Shown: positions 14,616 to 28,110 of the stretch, in pieces
Position numbering within the stretch: the stretch's first letter is position 1
How the letters are laid out: every line of letters starts with the position of its first letter
Assembly (NCBI GenBank): GCA_051294375.1
Contig: CM119268.1
Span: forward strand, 17,362,502 to 17,426,501
Length of the DNA stretch: 64,000 nt
Source: Paraspadella gotoi
Taxonomy: Eukaryota > Animalia > Chaetognatha
Direction of reading: 5' to 3'
Translations under genes and position numbers: made by a program
The notes under the pieces: generated by a model
Seen by the model: the letters and a program-made list of their open reading frames with translations, nothing else
Database searches by the model: none
What the model was told of the DNA's origin: nothing

Positions 14616-15858
14616 GGCCTATAGTTGGTTGCTCATTTGTTAAGACTGAAAAAAAAATCTCAATTCTAAGGGACTGCTAGCGCCCCCTTCAGGAAATTCT
14701 AAAACTATAAGGAATAAAAAACGGTATTTTGATGCAGTGCTTGTCATAAATACACGGGCGAAGAAAGTTAATAAGTTATTGTAGTCATGTCATGTCATTT
14801 CACGGGAAATACACGTGATAAGGCAGTCACTTCGGCGCAACACATTTGAATTACCGTTCTTGTTTTTGATATAGACAGTTTAGACACCTTCTCTGCTCTC
14901 TAAACTCTCTGCCCCTCTTTCCTTCTTGCTCCCTCAAAAAAAAAGCACACGTTTAATTCCGTTCGCCATTGACTCAAGGCAGCAGCGTCTGCGGCTGCGG
15001 GCTGCGGCGGACTTGGCGGCTGCGCTTGCTGTTGACAACTTCAGTTCAGTAATTTTTCAATGGGACTCCTCATGCGTGATCGTTTTCCATGTCTCTTCTC
15101 ATTCTCTTATTCTCCAGGTTTTCTCCGTTCTCCCGGTTCTCCTCATTCTCCCCGCGGTTATCACCGATTCTCCGCTCTATTGTTCTCCTCTGATTCTATC
15201 CATCATTCATCTCCGGATCGACGACGACGACGACGACGAGGCCGAGAAAAACAAGACGCCGCCGTCGAGAATGAGCGCCGGAGCGTTGAGCGACGATTTA
15301 GATCTTAGGCGCGCGGGAGGGGGGGCGGGAGGGGGGCGCTACTGGGAAAGCCTCTTTTAAAACCGCGCGAGATGAGAAAAATGATGAATTTTCTTTGGCG
15401 GAGGAGACGGACTTTTTGGAGCCGACGATAATCCCGATGATGCCGACGATGAAATAGAAGAATAATACTGCAAAGAAGAAGACGACGATGACAACGACGA
15501 TCACTATGGAGCTATCGATTTTTTATATTGCTCCAATTTACTATATTTTTTATTTCATACCTAAAATTTCCTAAGATTTGCCAACAAAAAAAATGAGAAA
15601 AAAAGTTACGATAATAATGACGACGATAAAGGCGACGAAAAAAAAAAATAATTAGGACGACAACGACGTCGACGACAACAACCAAGAGCGACGAGCGACA
15701 CCGAGCGTCAAAAAAGGGTGACATAGATGACGGAGATAAGAGATGGAGTGGCTCGAGTTGGTTGGTCGCTCTCGTTTTGCTTCTTTTCTAATTTTTTCTT
15801 TCTTTCTTTTTCTATATTCTTTCTTTAATTTTCTTTCCTTCTTTCTTTCTTTCTTTCT

Positions 15859-15890
<32 letters not shown>

Positions 15891-15966
15891 TTCTTTCTTT
15901 CTTTTTTCTTTCTTTCTTTCTTTCTTCTTTTCATTCTTTCTTTCTTTCACCTTATTTCCCTACCAT

Positions 15967-16058
<92 letters not shown>

Positions 16059-16252
16059 TTTTCACCTCTTCTCATACCACTTTTGGTTCCTCCGTCAAAG
16101 GACTCGAAGTAAACAAAATCCACTTGAGCGGAGATCGGAGAGGAGAGAGGAGCTTCATCACTTGAAAGAGACAGAGCGAAGAAAGCGGATGATCTTTAAG
16201 TTAATTCATTTCAAGAGAAATAGAAAAAACAAGGAAGAAAAGAGAGGAAATA

Positions 16253-16283
<31 letters not shown>

Positions 16284-17785
16284 GAAAGAACTGATCAAAA
16301 ACGAAACACTAAAGAAAAAAACAAAAGCAAACAATCTCGACCAAAATACAATTATTATTCAGAATAAACAAAGTTAAAAACGGCTCTCAATGAGTTTAAA
16401 ATTACAAACAGGCATCACAACCCATGAAGAAAGACATGAAGAAAAAAAGAAGCAAGCAATACAAGCAAGCGATTTTCCATCCCATTATCGATACGTAAGG
16501 ATCGTATTACCATCCCGCTTTTACTCTTTCAACAAAGGCGGTGATTAAAGTTGAGTCTTTGTTTATCCATGAGCGGGAATCCCAATGAGGCCACGCCCCA
16601 TTTTTTTCCTACTAGCGTTGACCAGGTTTTTTTTTCTATGGAAAAGAATCCATTTTGATCACCTCTTTGCTTCGGAATCCACTCTCACTTTTCCTTGAGG
16701 GAAAGTGATCACTCTCGCTCGCTTAGAGTTTTTTAGTGTGAATAAATATTGATTTACCTGAAGCGATACGAAAACTGGATTTCTGCAGCTTAAAGAAATG
16801 AAAAAAAAGGGTAAAAAATGTGACAAAAAGGGGATAAAAAATGACAATCATTAAAAGAAAAAAAAACGGGACGAAAATTAAGCGAAAGTACAAAAAGTGA
16901 ACTAAACAACTTCCTCTCGACCCAAGGACCACTTTTTTTTTTCTTCCAAAAACCAACTTCATTTGCCTTTTGTTTCCTGCTCCGCCTCAAGGTTGCCATC
17001 TGGTGAAGAAAGAAAAGAGGGAGAGAAAAAACTAAGAGAAAAAGATAGTTGAGCAAAGGATAGGAAATGAAAGGAGAGGAATTGAAAGACAGGAAGGAAC
17101 AGGAAAGGAAAGGAAAGGAACTGAAAGACAGGAAGGGGCAGGAAAGGAAAGTAAAGGAAAGGAATTGAAGGGACAGGGAAAAAACGAATAGAAAAGGAAA
17201 TGAAACGAATTGAAAGGATGGGAAAGAAAAAGAAAGGAAAGGATAGGANNNNNNNNNNNNNNNNNNGAAAGGAAAGGAAAGGAAAGGAAAGGAAAGGAAA
17301 TAAAAGTCACTGAAAGGAATTGAAAGGACACGAAAGGAAAGAAAAGGAAAAGAATTAAAAGGACAGGAAAGGAGGGAAATGGATATGAAAGGAATTGAAT
17401 GGACAGGAAAGAAGAGGAAAGGATAACAAAGAAAACAATTTTAAAAGACAGGAAAGGAAATAAAAAGAGAGGAAAGCAAAGGGTCTAACCAGTACCATCA
17501 CCCTTGAGTTGAGAGTGAAACCGGGCAATAAAAAAAGAGGAAACTTGACACGATATGAGTAAAAGAAAAAGGGATGAAAGGAGAATGGATTGAAAAGGAG
17601 TTAAAAGGGAGTAAAGAGAGAAGGAGAGACGTCAATAGAAAAAAAGGGAAGAAGAAGAGGAAGAGTGACGATGAAATGATTTTTTTTTCTTTCTCTCTCT
17701 CCATCGAATTTATTCATGAGGCTTTACATCGAGAAAACATTGTTTTTTTCTTTTTTATCGCGTCATTCTTTCTCTCTCTCTCCCC

Positions 17786-17833
<48 letters not shown>

Positions 17834-18300
17834 TCTCTTCTCTCTCTCTCTCTCTTTTGAAAAGAATCCATCCAGACGAAATCAGCGTCGGAATACATGT
17901 TTACCATTTGGGCGATTTGCATCTGATAATCCGTTTGTAAACATTTGATCGCGACGCGTGGATTGAAATGAATCGAGGGAAATGAGCGACGCATCCGACG
18001 ATCAGCGTCTATCTTGATTCTTGTTTTACTTAATATTGTTGTTGTTGTTGTTATGGGTCTTATTGTTACTCTCGGCTAACCCTTTACTTCTGTTTAAAAC
18101 GACTAGTTTTCATTACAATCCAAACGCTTCGGGTAAACAGACCTCAATGATTGAATTTTATGCCTGAACTTCATCATTTTCGAGCCGAAATACCTGTTTA
18201 AATTTTTATTTTATTACTAAAAAGTTATTTAAACATAATACGATTAATTAGTTATTAAGCATAATTTGTCATTTTTTTTAAATTTGACTTTCCTCAACAG

Positions 18301-20030
18301 AACCGTCTACATCCTTTGCGGCGCTGGAGTCGACTTCCCTCAACAGCTTCGATCTCCCGACGCCCCCGACTCGGCCTTCGTCCAAAGCCTCGCCCGCGCG
18401 GGCTCTGCCGGCGCGTCTCTCCTCTCACTCTTCCCTCTCCCGACAGTCCGAGGCTTCTTCGAGTCATCCCGCCCTCCAAGACCCTCGACCCTCGTCGAGG
18501 CCCCCGTCGAACCCCCGCTCACGGCCGTCCTCGATGTTGCAGCCTCGACCCGGCAGCGCAGGACAGTCGGAGCCATCGGGGGCGCAACCCGCGCTCTCTC
18601 AAACTCCTGATTCTTCTCAAGCGCCGACGATTTCCTCCCAGCAGCAAGAATCTTTCTCTCATCCTCTTCCTCCTCCTCCATCCTCTCGTCCTCCACCTTC
18701 CTCCCCTCCCCCCCAAACTCGACCCCTTCCTCCTCCGATCCCCTCGCCCCACTTCCCCCCACTTCCCAACCTCGCCCCACCTCTCAACCCCGCTCCCCTT
18801 CTCAACCGTCTTCATCGCGTCCTCCTTCGAAAGGGATCAACGTCTTCGGCGAAGAAGCGACCAGCGACGGACGACGCCGCACCCTCCGCCCCAGCCGCCG
18901 CAGCTTTCTCCTCCGCGGCGGCCGATCCTCCTCCTTCCCCTCCGCGTCCCCAACGACCCTCCAACGTCAACAGGATCTACACGGTCTCCGTGGACGAGCG
19001 ATTCGGGCCGAGGGGGTCGCGAGGCTCGACGGGCGACTCCGATCCTCTGCTCGACTTTTTACGGACGAAGGAGACGGAGGCGGAGGAGTCGGAGCCGGGC
19101 GGAGGCGACGGTCCGTCGGGCATTTCCGAACTCAACGCAAGAAACCTCGAGCGGCGGACGGGACCGTCGGCGGCGGCCTCGGCGGCGAAGGCCGGAAAGA
19201 AGACCGGGAAATCTGGAAAGGCCTCCGTCGCCGAGAAGCGGCCGCCGGCGTCGGCGTCTCGTCCGGCTGCCGGAAGGAGAGAAGCGAATAAAGAGGGACG
19301 CGTCATCCCAACCAAAGTAATTAGGACTCGAGTCGATGGATTCCCAGTGACGACGACTGCGACAAAGACGACGACAAAGACGACGACGATAACGACGACG
19401 ACGGAGCCTCCACTCACCGACTCCCATCGTCCCTCCTCCGAAATTCTGGGCTCCTCCGCCGACGCCTCCGCCGATCCGCTCGACGACTCGGCGCCTGAGG
19501 CCGGAGCGGTCGCCGGCCTGCCCCGGTCGAGGAGCTCGTCTCTGGAGACTCCGGCTCCGGAATTCGTCCCCGACGCCTCCAACGCGACGATGATGCGAAG
19601 CAACGCGATGGAAGATTTGCGTTGCCTAGCAACGACGACGACGGAGCGACCCAAAACCGCTCGACGCGGCGGTCCAACGGTGGACGCCTGTAGCAGCGGA
19701 AGTAGCAGCGTCAACAACAACAACAGCGTCAACGCTCCTTCGCCTATGGACACGTATTCCTCTTTCTCCTCTTCCTCGCGACCCGGCTCCGTAGCGGCGC
19801 CGGTTCGAAGCGCCGTTACCGACAAATCGGTCAAACCGACGCTGGAGAGCGTCGTCGACGGAGGCGCCGGGGAGGGCGGCGTCGATGATGTAGTTACGAC
19901 GACGACGACGCCGACGACGAAGCGAAGAGTGATGGTGACGCCTTTGATGTCGAGCGAGGATTCTCCAGCAGGATCGACGGGGCTCCCGGATGTGGAGAGT
20001 CCCGTCAAGATCGCGGAGACGAAGACGTGA
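18301..20030 (+). CDS. Large terminal exon encoding ~575 aa of Pro/Ser/Thr-rich disordered sequence
   Basis: Acceptor TTTCCTCAACAG at 18300; frame open from 18303 and continuous with ORF 18534-20030; GC-rich island in AT-rich DNA; no domain recognised. Confidence 0.7.
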
Positions 20031-23000
20031 CGGCGTGGGTATAGGAGGAGGAGGAAGAGGAGGAGGAGAAACATGAAATTGACAATGACTTTTAATTGAG
20101 AAGATGACGAATAATGACAACAAAGACTAAGACTGCGAATTCCATCATCATGACAGTGAAGGAAATAAACAAACCGACTAATTCCCTCGCCCCAGTTCAC
20201 CACATATGAAAAGAAAAACAATGACGAATCTTTGACGATTGCGTGTCTTCGCTCCTCGAATGTTTGGACCTATCAGTGCCATTAGCTAAGTGTGATTCGA
20301 GAATTAATAACTTTCAAATTATTCATTATCTTTTAATCAATACAAAATTTATTCGTTACTTTATTCGGTTCCCTGGCAATTTTTTTGACCGCCGCCGCTT
20401 TGGCGGGCCATGCCATCCTTAAAACGTTTTCGGTTATACTTCGATTTTGGCGATAGTTATCGAGGATAGCTATCGACGAAACCGGTCAGTGTCTTTCCCC
20501 CAATTTTTTCTGTGTTTTTTTTTTCCTCCCACTTCAGTTCACTGAAAACTTGGCGGAGCAAATTAGAATTATTGTAAAATAAATCCTTCTTTTTTATTAT
20601 TTATTATTTGCTGAATGAAAAAAAATGTTATTTCAATGCTCCTATCTTCGCTTCCTTTGTTTCTATTTTTAATTAATTTTTTTGCCTTGCTCTTCTCCCC
20701 GATTTTTGCGACAATCTGGATTTTTTCGACAAGAAATTTCTCATTTTTTGTCTCCAGTTTTGGCGAAAATCTTTTTGCGTATTTCCATCGGAAAACAAAA
20801 TAAATCCCCTCTCAAAAAAAAAAAAAAGAAAAAAAAAGTGAAACTAAATTTAGTGATCGTTCGTTATTTTTACCGGATGATGGCAATTGAGCCAAACAAA
20901 TAAACAAAACTAGTCCGTATTATTTTTATTGTAACACAATGTTACACATTTTCCCGCCCCATTTCATCTTTCTCTCTCTCTCTAGTCATCTTCTATATTT
21001 GCGTGTTTTATTCATTCCATCTATAAATAACTATTTTATGACAAAAACAATTATTAATTACTATTACGCTCGAGCGACGGAAAAAAAAACGTTTCGTTGT
21101 AATTAATTTGTTTCGGAAAACAATTTCCGTAACGTTTGATACCAAAAAGTGAGCACAAATCTGTTTCACAAACCGACAACTTTTGTTTTTGTTAAAGTTG
21201 AGAATTGGTGACCATAAACAATCATTTAAATAACATAATTACTAATAACAAACGTATTAAAGATTTTTACCTTTATTATAAGTTTTTTTCTGGAAATTTT
21301 GTGATTACGAAAACGTTGATGAAGTGAACGATATATGTAACTGTTATTTCCCCTTTTTTGTATGCGTATTGCTGTGTATTTTTGTCATAAAAAGTTTTGC
21401 ATTGGATGAAACAATTTTTTGAGCGCGCGGCACAAAAATATTAGTTGAGTTAAAGTAAAATTATTCAAGCTACTAGTTCTGTAAAACGAATACGGGTGAG
21501 TGTAATCGCTACCAAAAAAAGAGGACACTATGAAAATAAATCAAGTTAGTTCCTTTTAAAATGAACGATATTATAAGTGGAAAAGGGAAATATTGGTGTA
21601 AATTTGTTTAATATGTGGTTATCCGTTTCTAAGCAGTGATTTTTTAAAAGTAACTACTCAAACAAAAAATTACAGCATCAGAAAATTGATGTATTTTTAA
21701 ACTCTTGTGTTTAAGGAGCTGTAGCTCTCTATTGACCGAACCGATTTTCTTTTAAGTTACACATATGGATTCTTCTTTCAAGGGTCCTTATTTCCCATTC
21801 ATAATTTTTTTAGAAAACATAAATACAATGACCATAAATTAAGGCCAAAAAGTATCCTTGGTTTTCATCTTCAAAAATGTTTCCCCCCCCCCCATTTTGT
21901 TGTTGACCACTTTTCTTTCGTGAGCTATAGCTCTTGAATTCGTGGACCGAGTTTCTTTTTACTTATACAAGGATTTACCATTTCATCTTTCATAATTTTT
22001 ATAATATGTGCGTAAAATGTGCGCAATTTAAGTTTGAAGAGTGTCCTATTTTTTTGGTACAAGTATATATATAAGTATATACAATTGTATATATAAATTT
22101 TCTGACGACAGAGCCGAGATTTTATTTCAAATCCCGTTCGAAACAAAAGTCACAAGACACAACGTACCAGGAGTGCCTCCTATAAAAATTTTTAAAAATC
22201 TAAAATTCTAACAAAGGAACATAAAACCGAAATACGTTCTAAAATTAAATTACGTTCTTAAAGATGATGGGGAAAATAAGCTCTTTTGAGTGCAAATACT
22301 TTTTTCAGCGGCTCTCCATAGCTCTACAGAGGTGAAACGCCAATCTCCTAATAAATCGGGTCCTCGATCCTAACATGAAAAACAAGTTTAAATGTACCTT
22401 TCCTATAATTTATTATAGGAAAAAAATTATATATATATTAAAAAAAAATAAATCTCGATACTCTATATTCGAATTTGACACATCGTTCCTCACAAGTCAC
22501 AACATTTATCACTTACAATTGTTTTACTTTTCATTCTCGGGAACATATAAAATTTCATTTCTTTCCAGAATCAAATCTAAATTACAAAATTATTCAATCA
22601 AATGCTTAAAGAAATTTTATTTCATATAATTTAAAATATTTTTCCTTAACCATTATTTATGTTTAAATAAAAAAGTGTTCAAAGAACGAACGAATATCGG
22701 GTTCTTCATGTAGAAAGAATTCTAAAAAAATTACCAAAGTTGGTTAAATTCAAAGTGTAACTTTGTATCCGCTCTTCCGTTAACTCACATCCCCTTAAAA
22801 GTTCTCCTCCTCTGGTTTCAGTATCCAAAGAAAGAGGCGATTGTTTTTATTCCTTCATCGACCCCCACCCATTTCGGTTTTAACTCCAGCGGCTCATTCT
22901 TCAACACCGACTCTATCCTTCCAATAAAACTTTGTAAACTCCGAGACCTTTCTTCTCTTTTTATTGCACCAACCACACCACTCGATCGAATCCTACATAT

Positions 23001-23697
23001 CTACCGACAACCTCATTTCATATTTTCTCTCAACTTATTAATTTTAGTTGGGCCAAAAACCGGTTGATAAGTTCATTCTACATCAAAATATAATTTTAAT
23101 ACAATTTCGTATGACGGGCCTGCCTGGCAAATTCCCAACCTCATCCCGGCGTCACTTAACATTCTCCTCCTCCCTCTCCGCTCTCTCTCTCCCCCACCCT
23201 CTCGTTCAAATCCTCGACACCCTCGGGCGACATTCAATTCCTTTTCTGTTTCTCGCTCCAAGGATGAAGGGAGAGATCAAGTATTTCCTTTCTCTCCAGA
23301 CAAAATATTTCTTTATTATCAATTTAATCTTAATCCAGAGACGATTGTTCAAGTTCGTACACCTCGACGAGAGTCTTAAGAGCCGAACCGATTCGTCTGT
23401 CTGTCTAAATGTCTGTCTGCGTGTAAGTCGTAGTATCTGGAGAAGTTAGATTTCAGTCGAAATATTACTCTTCTCTATATAATATAAATGCAGAGTTTAC
23501 GAAAGAAAAAAAAAATATTACTCTCGTTCGATTATTTTTGCTTAATTTTCTTGTCCTTTATAATCGCTAATCGTTATTTCCGATGTATATTTTTAAAAGC
23601 GATATCTTTACATCTCCCTCCCCGATCGGAGATAGATATGTGAAGTTGCACCAAAAATCCGAAGTCTCTCGTCGCAAGAAATCTGACGTATAGCACT

Positions 23698-23813
<116 letters not shown>

Positions 23814-24573
23814 ACGTCGCGAAGGACGCCAGACCCCGATCTCTAATCCCCTCGAGACGATTCGAGAAAAGTGGCACACCCTTAAAGTCTTAGACGATCC
23901 CCTTTTTGCTAAAGTCGTACGATTCCTCAACACCCAGCAACCCATCGCCCACTTTCCAATTGAAAGAAGTATTTCCGTACATTATCAGTATTTCACAGTA
24001 TTTCACTACATTATCCTAACTCCCTGTTTCACTTTTAAGTGCAATAGGTTCAGATAAAATTCTTCACTAAATTTCCCAAACCCCCACATAAATAATTTCT
24101 TAAGACGAAGCAAACTTCGGTCACACCAATTCAAATCTCTCGTCTTATGTTCTCGCCAATTCGTATTTCTCTTTCCCCAGCTCTCATAGAAAGTACAAAT
24201 TCGTCTTTCCCCACCACTCCTTCATAATTCCCAACTTCCCTCGCCAATCTCCTTCACAGCCCCACTGATACCCAGCTTTAATCATTTCTCTTTCCCCACT
24301 CGAGGCGTCACTCATGACTTCATCCCGGCAGAGGGCGGCGATCCGGTCGCGAGCGAACGCGCTCCGTCGCCGCTCCAATCCAATTGTCATCGCGACTCGG
24401 CGCCATTATTCATCCGCGATGCCCCTATGGCCACGATCTCCCAGATCACCCCGTCGACCCTCACATCCTTAAATACTGCATTGTTGTCTCGAGATTATAA
24501 ACCCTTAATTCTCCTCTCTGCTCTCTCCTCTGCGTCGTTCTCTCTCTCTCTCCTCGCCTCTCTCCTGATCTCT

Positions 24574-24615
<42 letters not shown>

Positions 24616-25832
24616 TTCATCATGCTCTCTCTCTCTCTATCTCTCTCATCTATCTCCCTCTCATCTCCTACTTCGTTTTACGCTTCGAGGCGATGTTTCG
24701 GCTCGGATCGTGGATTGTCTGTACTCTTTCTCACAGCCAGTATACGTACATAATACAGGTTCCAATATCTTAAATTTTTTGCAGTCCTTACTTTTTCCAG
24801 GTAATAGCGATTCGCAACAGGGAATCGTCAATCAATAGATGGTATGCTTTGTTTTTTAGCAATATCGGTCGATGTGAGCGATACCAAATTATATTATTTA
24901 ATTTACATCCTACCCGAAGCCCCCTTTTCCTGCGACATCTTCTCCTCCCCCCGTAACCCCCATCTTCCTTTCCCCCTTTCATCCTCTCATTTCTTTTAAT
25001 GTCTTTCTCTTCTTTTTTCTTTTCATCGAAAACACTTCATTCCTTATCATCGCCGAAAGAGTATTTAAAAAAAAAGGAGAGAGAGAGAGGGGATTGTTTT
25101 TTTCCTCTCTCTCCTTTTAAAATAGTAAATAAAAAAAGGAAAAAAGTGAGAGTGAAGAATCGATCAAACGACTCACATTTTTTCGTCATTATTTTTCCAA
25201 ATTTTTCTTACAAATAATAATAAAAAAAAACCCTAGATTGTGACGGTGAGTAAAAGTTTAAGAATTCGTGGCTCTATCAACGCCTTCAATAGCTGTCATT
25301 ATCGTCATCGTCGTATGTCATCATTCTCATAACTTTCAGGTCTTAAAATCTGCAAATTTTAAAAAATTCCGGTGAATATTCGGATTTTGAATGAAATGAT
25401 ATAAAGTTAAACCAGCCAAGGTTTTTTTGTTGGTAATATTTTTCGTTAAACTCTTTTGTAAAATAAATCGAGTATAAAGAATACGTCGCCCTTAAATTTA
25501 AAACCCTGAATAAAGTTCCCCGAGTTTCTTTTTTTTTTCAAGCTTCAACCATGAAGAAAAACACATCCTTGTCCGGTTAAGTTTGTCACTTTATAACCAT
25601 CCTAAGTTTCAAACAACCACTTCAGATAAATGAGCACCCAAATTAAAAAAAAAAGTCTTGAACGATCCTCCCGCCAAATTCCGTGGCCAAATTCGTTCGT
25701 CTTCGTTTTTTATCAAAATAAACGAACAAAAAATGAAAAATAATAACTAAAAGAATTAATAAAAAAAGATTTACGACTGACTACTTTCAGGCTTGACCAC
25801 GTTTTTCTCACCTCTCAATCTCTCAATCCAAG

Positions 25833-28057
25833 ATGCCGTCCATCGACCTTACCTTAATCATTCTCTTCGTTTTCACGGGTAAGGAATTACCTAAAGCGTT
25901 ATCGGCCCCGACATTCATTTCGGGAATCCGTTTTAATTCACTATTTAAATATAACTGACATGTTTAATAATAGCTATTCCGTCGCGACTGTTTTTTTTTT
26001 TTTTTAATTTTCCATAACCCTACTCAACTTTTTTTCAAATAGTGCCGGTATTCAAAACGATTATTATTTAACTTTCCTTATCCTACTCCCACCATGACTT
26101 AAGCTATCGTCGTGGTCAGCGCCACCTGTCCCGAACGACGTCCCTTCGAATGCGTCGATTATTGGGACGAGAATTTCTCGTCGGCGACAGATTGCATCTC
26201 GAACGATCAGGTTTCTGAATTGGGCGTAGTGATTGGTTTGGGACGGAGTGATTTGCTCAAAGTCGCGAAATTTGTTTGATTTATCATTGAGGTCAGATTT
26301 TCCCTTAATCAAAAGCCGGATATTAAAAATTATTAGAATTTAACGATCAAAGTTGCTAATTAATCGCTCTGATTGGAAATTGGTCTATCGTCAATGACTT
26401 CAAAGAGCGGCTGTTTGGTTAAATAAAGCCAACTGGTTGAATAGGATAACTCGTAAAAGCATATCTTAACTTCATGAGTTCATCTTTTACTGGAATTTTT
26501 TTTTTCTTTTTAAGAAAGGATGTAAGCGTTTCCTTATTTCAACCAACTCGTCTCTTCTTACCGACAAAGGAATTCGTTCATTGAATTTTTCCTTCACCGG
26601 CTATAAATCCTTTATTCTCCTGAGCTATAAATTTCTTTAAAAAATAATAAGTCAGATGTCGCTTGAATTTGAACATAAAGAAAAATCCGGTAACAAGAAA
26701 ATATTTTAAACTTAAATTAAAATTTATACTCAGGGAAGACATAAAATTCCTCAGGGAACCTGGATCTGGAGGCGAAGAATCTCTGTGTTTCATTCATTTC
26801 GTAAGAAAAAAAAAGTTACTTTTAGTTTTACACAAGAAACTCAAACAAACGCGAGTAAAACTCACTCACTCAAGTTGGTTTATTTCTACAAGAGGGGTTG
26901 AAATGAATTTTTTTTAAAGAAAAACAATTTAAAAAATATTTTTTTCCTGATTGAGGCAAGACAGTAGACAGTAGACCACTTTCGTTTTAGATAAACAGAC
27001 AGCCATACAATCATTACAGGCGAACCTAAAAATATTTCATTCAGTTGACTTGGAAGAAAACCTTTTTGTCAGAAATAACATGCACATATGTAGTTTTTAT
27101 CATTATAATCTGAAATTCGCTGTCTAATATTATTCCTTCCTAGGTATAATCTATCGCTATGTTCCCTGTCCGCAGGTTTGCGACGGAATCAACCACTGTT
27201 ACAACAAAAAGGACGAAAACGAATGCACGGAATGCAAGAACGATGCTCACCTTTGCAGGAGCGATTGTAAGTAAGATTGTTTTGAATTGTTACTATTGAA
27301 TTTAAAGAATAATATTTGAATCCATTTAGTATTTGGCTGTATGATGGACAGTTACAATTGACATTCATTTCTTGTCTTTTTCTCATGTTTTGCTCGACTC
27401 TCTTATGAGACTAACGGTATCGTTTTAATTCTATTTTTAACGTTTTCCTCTCTTTCCTCTCTGTCATGTTCGCTCTTACTCTTAGCGGTTAGGATACCTC
27501 TTCATCTCTCATTGATTTGCGTCATTTAAAGTCGGTTTTATATCGTTTTTCTGCCACTGTCTCTTTCTTGTAATTTGATATCATTCAAGTCATTCTTTTG
27601 TCATTTTTGTACCTATATAAATCATTGCAGCCTATTGGTCCTCCGCTGCTCCCTGCATCTCCCCCTCTCGAGTCTGCGACGGACGAAAGGACTGCAAGTT
27701 GGGAGACGACGAAGAAAAGTGCGAAGAATGTCCGGCGGGAAGATCGGGCTCCAAGGACGGGTCAACCTGCTGTTACGACGGTATATTCTCTTTTAATTTA
27801 ATTTAATTTAATTTCTGGTAAATTTACTTTATATTGAGGCAAAGGATTCGACAGTGAGAGATTGTAATCTGGCCGAAGTAACTTCGACCATCGAATATAA
27901 TTTTTTTAATTTAAAACTAACACTATTAACACTTAATCAAACTACGACAATATGCAAATTGGTTTTGAGGTTTTATAAAATAATTTCGACATACATATTA
28001 TGTAATTTCCTTTCTTTTTCGTTGCGTTTTGGAATTCGGGTACAAAACAGAGTTTTT

Positions 28058-28110
<53 letters not shown>

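Noticed and set aside
18977-20221. 414-aa minus-strand ORF
   Set aside because: Antisense shadow of the GC-rich plus-strand exon; no independent gene signals.
21000-22760. Possible degraded DNA transposon (short inverted repeat TTTTATGACAAAAA; repeated GAGCTRTAGCTC motif)
   Set aside because: No definable termini or TSD by eye; needs a repeat-library search.
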